DNA of 36,558 nt. Source: Chiloscyllium plagiosum (taxonomy: Eukaryota). The translations under genes were made by a program, and so were the position numbers. Below are positions 11,905-23,884 of the stretch, piece by piece (position 1 is the first letter of the stretch; the number at the start of each line of letters is the position of its first letter). Under the pieces are notes generated by a model. It was not told the DNA's origin. It saw only the letters and a program-made list of their open reading frames with translations, and made no database searches. The stretch is taken from contig NC_057719.1 of assembly GCF_004010195.1 (NCBI RefSeq), positions 63,236,478 through 63,273,035 on the forward strand, given 5' to 3'.

Positions 11905-12004
11905 GAATTCTGAGGAAGGGTCACTCGACCCAAACATTAACTCTGATTTCTCTCCAAGGTGCTGCCAGATCTGCTGAGCTTTTCCAGCAATTTCTGTTTT
12001 TGTT
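11905..12004 (+). mobile_element. Short Penelope unit starting with an HHR (G12 lost)
   Basis: CTGAGGA-A-GGGTC-ACTC-GACCC-AAACATTAAC is followed by GCTGCCAGATCTGCTGAGCTTTTCCAGCAATTTC. CATTATTT lies on both sides. Confidence 0.82.
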
Positions 12005-12490
12005 CATTATTTATTTCTGTATCTCAAGTCACTCTTCTTTTTATGGCTTCTTTCTAAATTGCCTGTTTTTAGCATTGATCTATTTAGTTTTTGCATGTTA
12101 TTGTTATGACCGAGTTGCATAGAGGATGTGATGAACCTCAGGATCTGTTCTCTTGCTTTCAGCAGCTGTATTTGACATTAACTGATGTGTTTGTCCAGTT
12201 GGTGCATGATTGCTTCCACAATGAGCTTCTGAAAACTAATCACTGCAAGGTAATGAAGTCGTAATCAACAGTTGATTTCCCAGAATCAATGCAATCAGAA
12301 CATATTGTAGCAATCTAACTCAGACTTGAATTTTGATCTATTTAAAAAGAAATAGTTGCAAACTTATCCTATTTTTACTGGTAAGCTCTCCAAAGGGGCA
12401 AGATTACTGGAAAAGAAAGATTGAAAAACTGTGATAAGTTAAGAAGCAATTATTAAATCAATTTTAAATGCATTTACTGTATTACAGTGA

Positions 12491-12797
12491 AGATTAGATT
12501 ACTTACAGTGTGGAAACAGGCCCTTCAGCCCAACAAGTCCACACCAACCCTCCGAAGAGCAACCCATTCCCCTACATTTACCCCTTCACCTACCACTATG
12601 GGCAATTTAGCATGGCCAATTCACCTAACCTGCACATCTTTGGACTTTGGGAGGAAACTAGAGCACCTGGAGAAAACCCATGCAGACAGGGGAAGAATGT
12701 GCAAACTCCACACAGACAGTTGCCTGAGACGGGAATTGAACACAGGTCTCTGGCGTTGTGAGTCAGCAGTGCTAACCACTGTACCACCGTGCTGCCC
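12491..12797 (-). mobile_element. HE1-type SINE, full length
   Basis: Same head, body and tail as 9914-10224. Confidence 0.94.
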
Positions 12798-12899
12798 TGA
12801 TCGTTAGACATTGAAACTAAATATAAGATTGTATACCTTCCCTTTTGATTTATTCTCAATTAAGACTCACATAGTGCATTGCTGTAAGTTATACAAATG

Positions 12900-13025
12900 C
12901 AATATACCATGGATACTGAAGATTGGAAATAAAGACGGAAAATTCTGGAAACGTTCTGCAAGTTTGGTGACTCCTTTGGAGAAACAGAGTTAAAGTTTCA
13001 AGTCAATGGCCTTTCATTGGGACTG
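12900..13025 (-). mobile_element. Decayed short Penelope unit with an HHR relic
   Basis: The minus strand reads CCAATGA-AAGGCC-ATT-GACTT-GAAACTTTAACTCTG. Confidence 0.65.
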
Positions 13026-13034
13026 GGAATTTTA

Positions 13035-13310
13035 TTTTAATTTATTCAAGAGATCTGGACTTCACTAATTTGATTTATCATCTATCTCTTGTTGCTCTTT
13101 ATTTTGAAAGGTGACAGAGAGATGCCTTCTTGAGCTGGTGTAATCAATTTGTGTTGGTAGATCCACAGAGTCATTAGGGAGGGAGTTCCAAGATTTTGGC
13201 CTAGCAAAACTGAAGCAATGGTGCTATATCTCCAAGTCGAGATAATGAGTAGCTTGGAGGGGGACTTGCAGGCAGTGCAAGACAAGCTGTCCCTGTCCTT
13301 ATTGGCCAGT
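13035..13310 (-). mobile_element. 3' fragment of a CR1/L2-group LINE
   Basis: Reverse-complement similarity to 10285-10615 (GCCTTCTTGA, GGGAGGGAGTTCCA). Confidence 0.65.
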
Positions 13311-13464
13311 AGTCACAAGATCTTTTGTAGCACAAGATCACTTTTTAAATATAAGTGCAACCTATGATCTACCCAAACTAAAATATAGAATAAAGTTTAA
13401 TTTCAGTGCTATATGAATCTAAAATCAAGTAAATATAATTCTTCACTTTGTCCTCTACTCACCA

Positions 13465-14520
13465 AGTGAGACACCTGTGACTGCATATGCTCTCCCACTG
13501 CCCTGACGTCTGGGTTGTAGTTTATGGCAGCAAGTCAGATCCAGTCCATCAAATGGGTTTCTGTAAGTGGGCTGATTATCTTGTCAAGGATAACTTAAGT
13601 TTTAACTTTGAAAGTACACAATGAGTGCATATTTTTCTCTGGTTACAAGACCTCAAAAATTGTTGTGCCTTGATCTGCCTTACAGCTCAATATTGTCTTG
13701 CATATTAATAATCTTCATATCCATTCCACTGTTTTGTAAATTCCCTGATGGAATCTGGTAGCCATCCCACCAATGTCTATTTGAAGGAGTAGGTTTGAAA
13801 CAAATGTGGTGATTTATTCCATCACATTTAATCCCTGAGATCGTCTCTTGAATTCTTCTTCTATCTTCCTCAGGTGTGCATGCTTTGCTTTTCTCTTTTT
13901 TCTGCAGACTCACAAAGTTGTGCAGTGTTATATTTTTTAACTGAGAGGACCACATATCCAGTTTCCATTTGAATGCATTCACAGCTCTGATCATATGTGT
14001 TATGTCTCTGTCCTTTCCCTGCAGTTCACAGTTCAGCTCATTCAGTTTTAATGTTATGGCTGTGAGGAATATAAAGTCTAGCAGCCACACATTGTCTGAT
14101 AGCCCACTGCACACTTCATTCCTAGATTTAAGAAAATTAAAGATTTCAGGCATCAGCTCTAAAATGTTGATGGGACCTTTCCTCAACTTAACTTCCTCAC
14201 AACAACATGGAGGATTAGTTCACCATACACAACATCAAATTGTTTGAGCAAGGATTAAGGACACTTGTATGAATTGAATTAATAATTTTCACAATGGCTT
14301 TCGTTACATTAGAAAAGTCTATAACTTTACTCACTAATGTTTGCTTATGGATTGCACTGTGGTAATTGGCAAAAGAGGTTAAACCTGTGTTTGCACTAAG
14401 TATGATTGGTGTACATCAGTTGTGATAGAACCCAGTTTCTTATTTGGATTGCTTTTCTTGAGCATGCACCTTTTGAATTCATTGAAGATATCTTTACTCT
14501 TGTTCTCTCTGTAAGGGACA
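13465..14520 (-). pseudogene. Fossil hAT (Charlie/Buster/SPIN, GTF2IRD2-like) transposase, C-terminal half
   Basis: WLLDFIFLTAITLKLNELNCELQG...AVNAFKWKLDMW; upstream YHSAIHKQTL...IVKIINSI (decayed HCxxH); C-terminus LTETHL...YNPDV...QSQVSH. Frameshifts are present. Confidence 0.88.
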
Positions 14521-14719
14521 AAGTAGGAGAAGACCTTCTTCATTTGTTTTGCTCTTGAAAAGAATGATCCTTTCTGTTTTCAAGTGTGTTGGTTACGATT
14601 TGTGTCCAGGGTTCCTGGTCAGCCTGTGTTACTCAGATATTGGATGTGTGGTGTGGCAGCAGTCCATGTAACTTGTCTTTGTCCTGCATTAGATAAGCAG
14701 CTGATGAAAAGAACTGTAG

Positions 14720-14812
14720 GTGTACAGAGAATGGGGAGAAGGGTAGGACTAATTGAGCTATTTTTATGTAGAGTCTGCATGGATATGATGGGCTGAATAG
14801 CCTTCTATTCTA
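14720..14812 (+). mobile_element. CR1-type 3' tail fragment
   Basis: GCATGGATATGATGGGCTGAATAGCCTTCT tail motif. Confidence 0.6.
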
Positions 14813-15229
14813 GGACTGAAATATACTGCCTTCACACATCACACATCTTCAAACATCCCTAGCATATTCCTTATTTATTTGTTTGAATTGCCACTATAAA
14901 ACCTAATTTACCCTGCCATGGAAACACGATACAAGAAATTGGCAAAGCCTGTTAAGACCATGTACTTTTCTCTGGCTGGGACTTCTGGAAGTCATTCAGC
15001 AGAATGATGATCCAAGTGCATGTGGTGAGGGAATGCAGGCAGATGTTGAGGTCAACTGCCAGTGAAACGCATGTCAAGGGAACACAGTGAGATCAACCAT
15101 CAAAGAATCTGTGATCAACCAGTCAATCAGCAATGGAGACTATGGTTCTAGGTTACTGTGTTCACTAGTTTAGAAGATGTCAATCAAGTTTCTTGGTGGA
15201 TGTCTGCAGTGCATAGTTAATGTTTTTAT

Positions 15230-15805
15230 GAAATGAAAGGGAAAGTAGGGAGAAAGAAGCAAAAGAGAAGGTTGAAGTGTGGAAGTCAGGAGAGATCATT
15301 CACAAAAGTTGATGATGAAGGGTCAAAGGGAGAGGGAGTGGGACTGGGACAAGAAAAGAAACAAAATGTGCCCATAGGAGGTATGACAGGAAGAAAGATG
15401 CATAGCTGCCATCCAAACCAAAAACAAGGCAAAACTGAAAGTAAAACCAATCTACAAAGATGGAAACAAAATGGGAACAGAGGTTAGGGTCTAAAATTGT
15501 TCAACTCAATATTGTATTCCAGAACGTTGTGTTGTGTCTAAGTGAATGGTGAGGTTCTGCTTTAGTTGTTTGCATCTTACGTTGAACTTCATTGGTACAC
15601 TGCAGGAGGTCAACAACAGGGATCCCAGTACCAGAGCAAAATGGAGGATTAAAATGAGGTTGCAGTGGACTCTCAAAGATCACACTTGCAGGCTGAAAGG
15701 GAGGTGTTTTGTTAAGCCTCAAAAAAATCTGCATTTAGTTTCCGCATTTTCAGCAATGAATACAGTGTAAGAACTTACAACAATGTGTAAATCAATGTTC
15801 CCCTC
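15230..15805 (-). mobile_element. Highly decayed Penelope-like fragment
   Basis: 15495-15615 resembles 23630-23750 (GIY-YIG C-terminus). It is preceded by a purine-rich UTR-like stretch. Confidence 0.5.
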
Positions 15806-16544
15806 GAGATCTAATATGTTCCAATAAGAAGACCACTCATTCTACTAAAGTTCATGGCAGATAGACCCAACCTATTCAACCGTTCATCAATGCTGACAGT
15901 GCAGTCTTCCCCAGCACTGCACTTGAGTGTTTTCACCAAGATTTTGTACTTAACCCCAATAATGATTGTGAACTCGCAACCTTTCATCTCAAATTGTGTG
16001 CAATCCTCTGAGTCACAGCTGCTTAAAAATTTCTTTGCAGTTTCCTTTTATCCTGTAAGTTTGATGTCGCTTGTAAATGTGTCTCTTTAGCCTCATCTCT
16101 GAATTATTGTCCTGAAACAGAGCCCAATACTACTACAATGAAAAGTGCTTTCAAACAGGATCTAAACAGTGAAATATAATTCAGCAAGTAGCTGTGTCCT
16201 TGTAATGGATTTTTTGTTGAATGTAAATGTAGACAAGCACATTTACGTGTAAATCATTCCAAGCAAATTCTGAACATGTCAGAAAGAAATACTTACCATG
16301 ACAACAACAGGAGAAATGTTAATTTATACAGGTCTTTACTGTAGATAAACTTGCCAAAGTATTTCTTAAAAATGAAAGAAAGTATGAACCCAACCAAAGA
16401 AAGAGAAATTGGGAAGGATGAGCAAAAGCTTGCTGAACAAAGGAGATTTTAAGGAGTAACACGAAAAGGAAGAAGATGATGGAGCAACAGATTGGTCTTG
16501 GGAAATGAGATTAAACAATAAAGCTCCAATAACAGCAATGGACA

Positions 16545-16905
16545 GTATAGCACAAGAACAGGCCCTTTGGCCCATCAAAACTGCACCGATACACAATGTC
16601 TTCCGAAACTATAAGCCCTTTACCTCCACGCAGTCCATATCCCTATATTCTCTGCCTGTTCATATACCTGTCGAGATGTCTCTTAAACGTAGCTATTGTA
16701 TCCACTTCCACCACCTCCTCTGGCAGTACATAGCAGGCACTTACCACCCTCTGTGTAAAAAACTTGCCTTTCACATCTTTAAACTTCCCCCTTTGATCTT
16801 AAACTTATGCCTCCAAGTAAATGTCTTTATCCAGGGTAGAAATGTCTTTGACTATCCGTTCTATCCATGCCTTGCACAACTTTGTAAACTTCTCTCAGGT
16901 CTAAT
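16545..16905 (-). mobile_element. CR1 3' fragment
   Basis: GAACAGGCCCTTTGGCCCATC...CCACCACCTCCTCTGGCAG...CCACCCTCTGTGTAAAAAACTTGCC, the reverse complement of a CR1 end. Confidence 0.85.
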
Positions 16906-17014
16906 TGTTGAAATCACAGCCACCAATAGTGGATAAAAGGAGCAGGAGGTCAGAAGGAGACAAAATGGATATTTTGGGAACTGCAGAGATAAAGAAGGTT
17001 ACCAGTTTTGGATG

Positions 17015-17540
17015 TTTCTTTTTATTCATTCATGGGATGTAGGCATCATTTGCGACCCCAAATTTATTGCACATCCTTAACTCCCAAAGTCAGTTAAAAG
17101 TATTGCCATGGCTCTAGTATCATATTTTTCACATCTAACATTTGCCTTCCATGAAATGATGGGTTCTTCCAACAATTGACAATGGTTACAATGTCACTAT
17201 TAGGCTGACTTCTTCTTCTTTCGGATTTGCTTTACAGCATTTGAATTTCATCATCTGCCATGGTGTGATTCAAACTCACATTCTCAGAACATTAACCTGG
17301 AGTTCTGGATCATCTAGGAGAAACCGAGGACTGCAGATGCTGGAGATTAGAGTTGAAGAGTGTGGTGCTGGAAAGGCACAGCCGGTCAGGCAGCATCCAA
17401 GGAGCAGGAGAATCGACGTTTTGAGCATAAGCCTTCCATTAGGAGCTCTCCTGCTGCTCGGATGCTGCCTGACCAGCTGTGCTTTTCCAGCACCACACTC
17501 TTCTGGATCATTTAGTCCAGTGACATTGCCAATTTGGCCC
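17015..17540 (-). mobile_element. tRNA-derived SINE family B, interrupted by a fold-back Penelope unit
   Basis: Tail TTTATTCATTCATGGGATGT; B-box-like GTTTGAATCAC on the minus strand; head GCAATGTCACTGGACTAAA. Confidence 0.7.
17318..17500. mobile_element. Fold-back Penelope terminal-repeat insertion with a central HHR relic and TSD
   Basis: Inverted arms 17355-17410 and 17448-17503. The spacer reads CTAATGG-AAGGC-TTAT-GCTC-AAAACGTCG on the minus strand. Flanks are TTCTGGATCATCTAG (17303-17317) and TTCTGGATCATTTAG (17501-17515). Confidence 0.88.
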
Positions 17541-17964
17541 CACATTCTCTTCTCAATGGAACACTAAGAATTTTAACCTTGATAGGCCTTTGGGAAGGGT
17601 CCTGGGTAACAATGACTAATTTGAAAGATCTTTCTAAGAACCCCAATGAGCTGAATAGCCTCTTTCTGTAATGTACCATAACATCATTGTAAATGTGAAG
17701 AGTTGAAACACCAGGAATCAACTTGATTCGGTGAAGTAATGATGTGAGATAGAATATGGTCAGCAAACTTTTAGATACGTATAAGGTTGTATAGCCGAAG
17801 CTTATTCATGTGGGCTGGCACTGATAATAGGAGTGGGGACTAGCTGGGAGAGCATAGGAGTAACCTATTCTGGGTTTGTCAGAGACATGAATAAGGAGGT
17901 CAGTGGAGAAATGCTGAAGTGGGGATGAAAGCAGCTGATGTCATGAAGTTAGCAGAAAGGAAAA

Positions 17965-18150
17965 GGGAGAATGCTGAAAAAACCCAGCAGGCCCAGCAGC
18001 CATTTGTGGAGAGAAAAACAGAGTTGACATTTTGAGTCCAATATTATAATTCTTCAGAAGAGGGTTAACTCTCTTTCTGTCACGACAGATGATGCCGGAC
18101 TGGTTGGGATTCTCCAGAAATTGTTTTTTTTTAAATTTCAGATTTCCGAT
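17965..18150. mobile_element. Older fold-back Penelope unit
   Basis: Arm 17968-18030 is mirrored by 18064-18125. The minus strand has a CTGAAGA...GGACTC-AAAATGTCAAC relic. Confidence 0.65.
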
Positions 18151-18471
18151 ATGTGTGTGTCTTGTGGAGCAGGCTAACCTTTTATTTGGAAATTTATGGA
18201 GTCAGGAGTTTAGGTGAGGTTGCACATGTCATTGAGGTTGCTAACCTCCGGGTTCAATCTGAGACCATCACTGAGAAGGAGGTGCACTCAGGATCACAGT
18301 GGTCACAGTTATCTACAGAAGGATTACAGTTACATTTGGTGTCAGCTTGATATGTCATTCTTACTTCAAAATCAAAGAATCTTTGGGTTCAAGCCCTAAA
18401 TTGTGTGTGTCACATGGTAACATTTTCTGAGGCACTGCACAATTGTTGGGACCTCACAGGATTTTCTTATA

Positions 18472-18915
18472 GCATGCAGTTCTGGTCGCCACATGACCAG
18501 AGAATGTAGAGGCTTTGGAGAGGGTACGGAAAAGGTTTTCCAAGATGTTGGTTTTGAGGTATCAGTTATGAGGGGAGATTGGTCGAGCTTGGTTTGTTTT
18601 CACTTGAACACCGGAGGCTGACCTGACTGAAGTTTACACAATGTCGAGCAGCATGGATAGAATGGATAGTCGGAGTCGTTTTCCCAGGATAGAAACGTCA
18701 ATTACTAAGAAGGTAGATTTAAGGTAAAAGGGGGAGCATTTAAAGGAGATGTGAGAGGCAGGGCTTTTACACAGAGGATGGTGAGTGCATGGAATGTGCT
18801 GCCAGAGGAGGCGGTAGAAGCAGATACAATAGCAACGTTTAATTGGCATCTTGGCAGTTACTTGATTATCCAGGGAATAGAAGGATACGGACCACATAGA
18901 GGCAAGGGACTTTTA
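18472..18915 (+). mobile_element. CR1 3' fragment
   Basis: QFWSPH, ALERVRKRF and RGRAFTQRMVSAWNVLPEEAVEADTI peptides. Confidence 0.9.
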
Positions 18916-19284
18916 CTTTTGGAAGGATCAATAAGTAATCCAACTTGTTGGTCAGATCTTACTAACAATGTAAGGGCCGGCACATTTACCCAGTTTGTGT
19001 GATACAAAACGAGTATCTGAGCATGGACTATTTCGGGAACTTCCTTTGTTCTATAAGAATTAGTAATGAAATATTTCTTAAAATTATTTCTGTGATCCTT
19101 CTATCCCTATGATCCCTAATATTAATTTGGAGAAGCATTGGGAGTAGGGATAAAGTGACAGTAGATGGGGTGAGAGGCAGTATGGTCAGTCTCATGAAGG
19201 AAACCTACAGTATCCCTGTCCGCCTCCTGACTGTTTTACTTCTGGGTTTTCTGTTTAATTTGTTTACCCGATGTAGGTTTAGGA

Positions 19285-19815
19285 TAGAACAGAAGGATGG
19301 AATAGAATAACCTTTATTGTCACATATTCTCAATGAGTATAGTGAAAAGTTTATACATTGCCAATTACACTGCTGACTTAGATACAAACATACATAGGCA
19401 CAGCTTAGTTACAAGATCTTATTCAGTGGAGAAATAAAGAGTTCAGTACAACAGACCACTATGGCACCCAGCTTCCAGTTGGCACTTGGCCCTGTTTCCA
19501 TACAGCACCAACAACACACCACACTGGAGGCCCCTACGGGAAGGGGTCACTGTGTGGGGGAAGGGGTCACCACACTAGGAAGCTGCTGTGGGAAGCCACT
19601 GCCCCAGGCCAGAAGGGTGCCATGTCATGCCAGGAGGCCGTTGTGCCAGGCTGGGAGTCATCACTGGAGATTGGGAGTCATCAGAGGCCGTGAGAGAAGA
19701 AGTCTTAGAGAAAAAGCATAAAGGGGAAGAAAAAGAGAAGAAAAAGAAGTAAAGAAGAAGAATGGGTGGAGTACACAAGCTCCGGCTGGAGAGTCCTGCT
19801 CCACTGCCATCTTGT
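19285..19815 (-). mobile_element. Probable non-autonomous LINE derivative (5' and 3' ends, no ORF)
   Basis: The minus strand begins CAAGATGGCAGTGGAGCAGGACTCTCC and ends TGTGACAATAAAGGTTATTCTATTC. Confidence 0.55.
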
Positions 19816-20029
19816 CAAAAAGCTTCAACACCAACCTACTACCCCCTCATTCTCTCAGGCTCACCAGTGCCTCCCATCCTCTTCCTGTAGGATGTCAAAG
19901 CATCCCTTAATTAAATCTCCAAGAGGTGCTCAGCCTGATTCTGGGCATTTGTTGGGTACCGAAGGTTTTCTGCAGGTTTGCCTCAGCACCCTTGAGATGC
20001 ACTTTAGCTTGTTGTTCAGACACACATCT

Positions 20030-20130
20030 GGAGACCTGATGATGTTGGACTCAAGACGTCAACTCTGTTCTCCTGTTGGTAGGTGCTGCTGGACCTGCTG
20101 GATTTCTCCAGCACTTTGTTTTCATTTCTG
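20030..20130 (+). mobile_element. Decayed short Penelope unit
   Basis: GGACTCAAGACGTCAACTCTG...GCTGCTGGACCTGCTGGATTTCTCCAGCA. Confidence 0.6.
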
Positions 20131-20308
20131 CCTTCTTCATGACATCAGCTGCTTTCATCCTCATATCAAAGTTTCTCCGCTGAACTCCTCTTTCACATAT
20201 GCCTTTGACATATCCACACTGGATCACACTAATGCTGTCTCAGCTAACACTCCCACAAAACCACTCAGTTCTGCCATCCCAAAATTACACATATTTAAAA
20301 TTTTTGTG

Positions 20309-21500
20309 ATTTTGATGAATATACCACTGACAGGCAAACTTTAACTATATTAAAAGCAGTTCAGTTGCCATTCACTGGAATGTTAGTGCAGCCGCACTTA
20401 CTTTCTTTGTTTTGCCTGGTCTCCTCACTGTCTACTTCAATGAAACAATCCTCAAATTGCTAGACAAAGTAATTATCTCCACTTTAGAAACATTTTTAAA
20501 GCACTCCTAAAATTCAGCAATTTGGGTATACTCATGGCTGCATATTCCCAAATAAATCTCTCAGTTTGTTCAGTGCCTTCTACTTCACATAAATGCTTCC
20601 CTGAGCTAACTTGACTCCTAGTTATTCAAATGTCTTGCTCTTAGGAATCACTGCTATCAACCGTATTTTGAAGGGAGCATTCTCTTGTTCCCCCGGCGGG
20701 CAAAGCTAAGACCCACTTGCAGTCCAAAAGTAGGAATTTCCTGGTAGCCCCAACTCTCTGATGCCCAGCTGCAGGTTTCCCAATGCCAGGCAGCTGGTGC
20801 TAGAGCTCCTTGTTCAAGATCCAATCTAAAGCACAACCCCTCCTGACACTTTTCAAAATAACTTGCAAATTGGAGGAAATAAACTTTCAGTAAATGCCCT
20901 GCACCCAACCCTTTTAATCAGCCCTCATAATTATTGTTATATTCTTATCTTCCTTTTGATAGCCAGTTTCAAGAAGGGCAGGTTCTATGGCTCTGCCAGT
21001 AAACTTAAAATTATGTTGAAAAATTGCTCCAATTGATTGTTTAACCTGGCCCTTCTTTTGTTTGCAGAACCCTTTTTCATATGGTTTCATAATCCCAAGG
21101 TCCTAATCTAAATTATTCTCGAACACCTTAAGGCCACAAGATGTAGAATTGGGCCATTCAGCCCATTTGGGTCTACTCTGCCACTCGGTGAGATCATGGT
21201 GACCTGACAATCCTCACTCTACTTTCTTCCTTTATCCCCTTACTCCTTGTCTCTTTTAAAGACTAGAAATCCATCTATCTCAGCTATGAGTATACCCAAA
21301 TTGCTGAATTTTAGGAGTGCTTTAAAAAGAAGATAATCACTTTGTCTAGCAATTTGAGGATTGTTTCATTGAAGTGGACAGTGAGGAGACCAGGCAAAAC
21401 AAAGAGAGTAAGTGTGGCTGCACTAACGTTCCAGTGAATGGCAAGTGAACTGTTTTGAATGTAGTTAAAGTTTGCTTGTCAATGGTATATTCATTGAAAT
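20309..21500. repeat. Inverted duplication, arms 20309-20540 and 21281-21500
   Basis: By-eye alignment gives about 14 substitutions in about 220 bp plus one ~12-nt indel. Confidence 0.95.
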
Positions 21501-22268
21501 AATTCAGAGAACACATCATTATAAAGATCTACTGGTGAAGGTGACATCAACAGCAATCTCACCTGTTGAGATATCTTAGCAGGTTTCTAAGCCGACCATT
21601 CTTTTGATTGTAAATATGAAGAGGTATTCAATAGTACAAGAGGTACCTCAGGCTGCTGATATTGTCAGAAAAAGTTTTGAGACCTATGCAAACCCATATC
21701 CGTTTTTCAGTGGCAGTTAATCATACAAGGTGTTGTTTAAGATCAAAAAGAATTTACTAACATAATGAAATGAGCTCCCCTGCCACCATTAGGGCATAAA
21801 GGATTGCTCTTGGGAGGAGCTAACCAGTTGTTACCAGTGCTGGGGGAATATTTCAGTAGGACTAATGTGTAATTTATCTTAAATTGAGACTGATGTTTCA
21901 CAATAGACAATCATGTACTCAGATGTAATATAACCAGCTGTTGAGTAGCATATTATAAACTTAATATGCTCATCAAAGCTAAGCCTATCTTCTGTCATAA
22001 AATCAGAAAATGTTGGGAATTCACTGGAGTCCAGACAACTGCCTGTTTCTTCTTCTTACTTTGTTCGTCTGTCAGGGCTGACTTGCTTTCACTCGAGTAC
22101 AATGAGTCCTGAGCTGGTTGATAAGTCCAAATATGGTCTGCAAATTCTGTCACATGGTGCTTGAATGGTCTGAGGAGATGATCCACCAGAAGGTTTGTGC
22201 ACACTTTCCGATGCAATGTCCCCCCCTGCAAATTCCCAAATAAATCTCTCAGTTTGTTCAATGCCTTC
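20538..22268. repeat. 43-bp direct repeat, 20538-20580 and 22226-22268
   Basis: CTGCAwATTCCCAAATAAATCTCTCAGTTTGTTCArTGCCTTC, 41/43 identical. Confidence 0.93.
21130..21284 (-). mobile_element. CR1 3' tail fragment
   Basis: GGCCATTCAGCCCA...GAGATCATGG...ATCTATCTCAGC. Confidence 0.75.
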
Positions 22269-22579
22269 CTGAAGGAGCCTTTTCTCTTTTAGTAAGTCGT
22301 GAGCCAGGAGCTATTGGTTATGTAAGACAGGCAGCAGTATGATGGCACTTGCTCAGCAACTGACCTCCAACTCCCTTCCCTCCTGTATAAATATGGAACT
22401 CATACAGAATGTCATGCTAACTAAAGTGTACATCATTGCAAAGGCAAACAAATGTGTGGGAGCTTTGGGGGTATATGATAATCTTGTTGACAAGTAGTGA
22501 GGAACTAACAGTATTAACTATTAGTTGATACAAAACTTAAGTTTTTTGTCTTCCTTTCACTTTCTTCCCCCTCTTGCAG

Positions 22580-22748
22580 ACTCCCTAGAAAGTGTCTACA
22601 GATTTCCAGTGAGCTCCAGACCTTGGTTTGACTTGAACATGATTCTCAGCCATGGACAGGGCCAAAGAGCAGCCGACCTTGCCCTCGGCAGAGGAAGATA
22701 GCAGTTGGTGGATTGGAGCTGGCATCCCAACACATTGGCATCTTTCAG
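22580..22748 (+). other. Candidate exon, possibly with a start codon at 22652
   Basis: Long pyrimidine tract ending TTGCAG, GCCATGG Kozak context and donor CAG/GTTTGA. No homology was recognised. Confidence 0.35.
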
Positions 22749-22939
22749 GTTTGAAATCCAGCCTTCCATCTGCACACAAATCCCCATATTTTATTGAGTT
22801 AAAATTCCTCTTGCAAACTCTATCCAAGTCCAGGAGAGAAGCTTTATAGTCACCATAACGTTGGCAGCAACAGGATAGGAAGTGAACGACACCCTCTCAG
22901 GGTTATTGGATAATTGATTATGCACGACAATATGATAGT

Positions 22940-23870
22940 CAGCCAATTACTTACACAAAAACCTTCCATAATTTTGAAAAATTCAATCCAATCTCCGGTT
23001 AGCCTTCCCCTCTCTGAGGATGAGTCCCAACGTCTCTAATCTAGCTTCATAACTGTTCTTTCTTATTCCTCAAACTATTCTCATATACTTCTTTTGCACT
23101 CTGTCTAATGTGTTCACATCATTCCTAAAGTGCAGTGTCCAGAACTATATACAATATTTCAGGTGAGGTCTCACTCATGTCATATACAAGTGCAATATAA
23201 CCTCCTTACTGTTGTACTGAATGGACCTTTCAATAAATGAAAATCAAAGGAACTGCAGATGCTGTGAATCAGAAACAAAAACAGAAATTGCTGGAAAAGC
23301 TAAACACCTGTGCAGAAAAGTCAGAGTTATCGTTTCGAGTCAAGTGAGCCTTCCTCAGAACTGATGGTAGCTAGGAAAATGTCAGTTTATTTGCAGAAGA
23401 CAGGGAGGGAGGGAGGGTTTAATTAGGGAATGATAGGTGGGGATAGAGCCCAAAGGCAAAGAAAAATAGTTGGACAGACAAAGGATTGAATAATGATCTG
23501 ACTAGAGGAGTAAATAGCTATTAATGATGATTGTTAGTGGCTAACAATGGGTTGTGTGTAATACAGACCGTATGATAACAAGGTGTGGTGTGTGGGTGTT
23601 GGGATAAGGACATGGGACAGCACAAGCCCTCAAGTTATTGAACTGGATAAAAAGTCCAGAAGGCTACACGGTCCCCAAGTGGAAAATGAAGTGCTGTTCT
23701 TCCAGCTTGCGCTGAGCTTCACTGGAGGACTGCAGCAAGCCTGAGACAGATTTGCTTACCTTTTAATAAAGCCTAGGATATTGTATCCTTTATTATGTGG
23801 TCACTCTACATGTCCTTCACTAAACTTTTGCATATAAAACTAAGTTCCTCTGCTCCTGCTTGACCTTTAA
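22940..23870 (-). mobile_element. Old CR1 fragment interrupted by a Penelope fragment
   Basis: CCAGAACTATATACAATATTTCAGGTGAGGTCTCAC is the reverse complement of a VRPHL.YC.QFW-type CR1 motif. Confidence 0.75.
23238..23757 (-). mobile_element. Penelope-like 3' fragment (GIY-YIG end, UTR, HHR, terminal repeat) with TSD
   Basis: RKLEEQHFIFHLGT peptide; HHR AGTT-CTGAGGA...GACTC-GAAA-CG-AT-AACT at about 23326-23362. Flanks are ACCTTTCAATAAA (23225-23237) and ACCTTTTAATAAA (23758-23770). Confidence 0.87.
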
Positions 23871-23884
23871 AGAAATTCCAGAAA

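Noticed and set aside
13680..14186. Domesticated GTF2IRD2/EPM2AIP1-like gene
   Set aside because: Similarity is lost after a frameshift, the flanking motifs are in other frames and the conserved Cys is mutated.
19766..20344. Longest ORF in the track (192 aa)
   Set aside because: It crosses two unrelated repeat fragments and has no recognisable domain.
22385..22395. TATAAATA as a promoter
   Set aside because: An isolated motif in AT-rich DNA with no other support.
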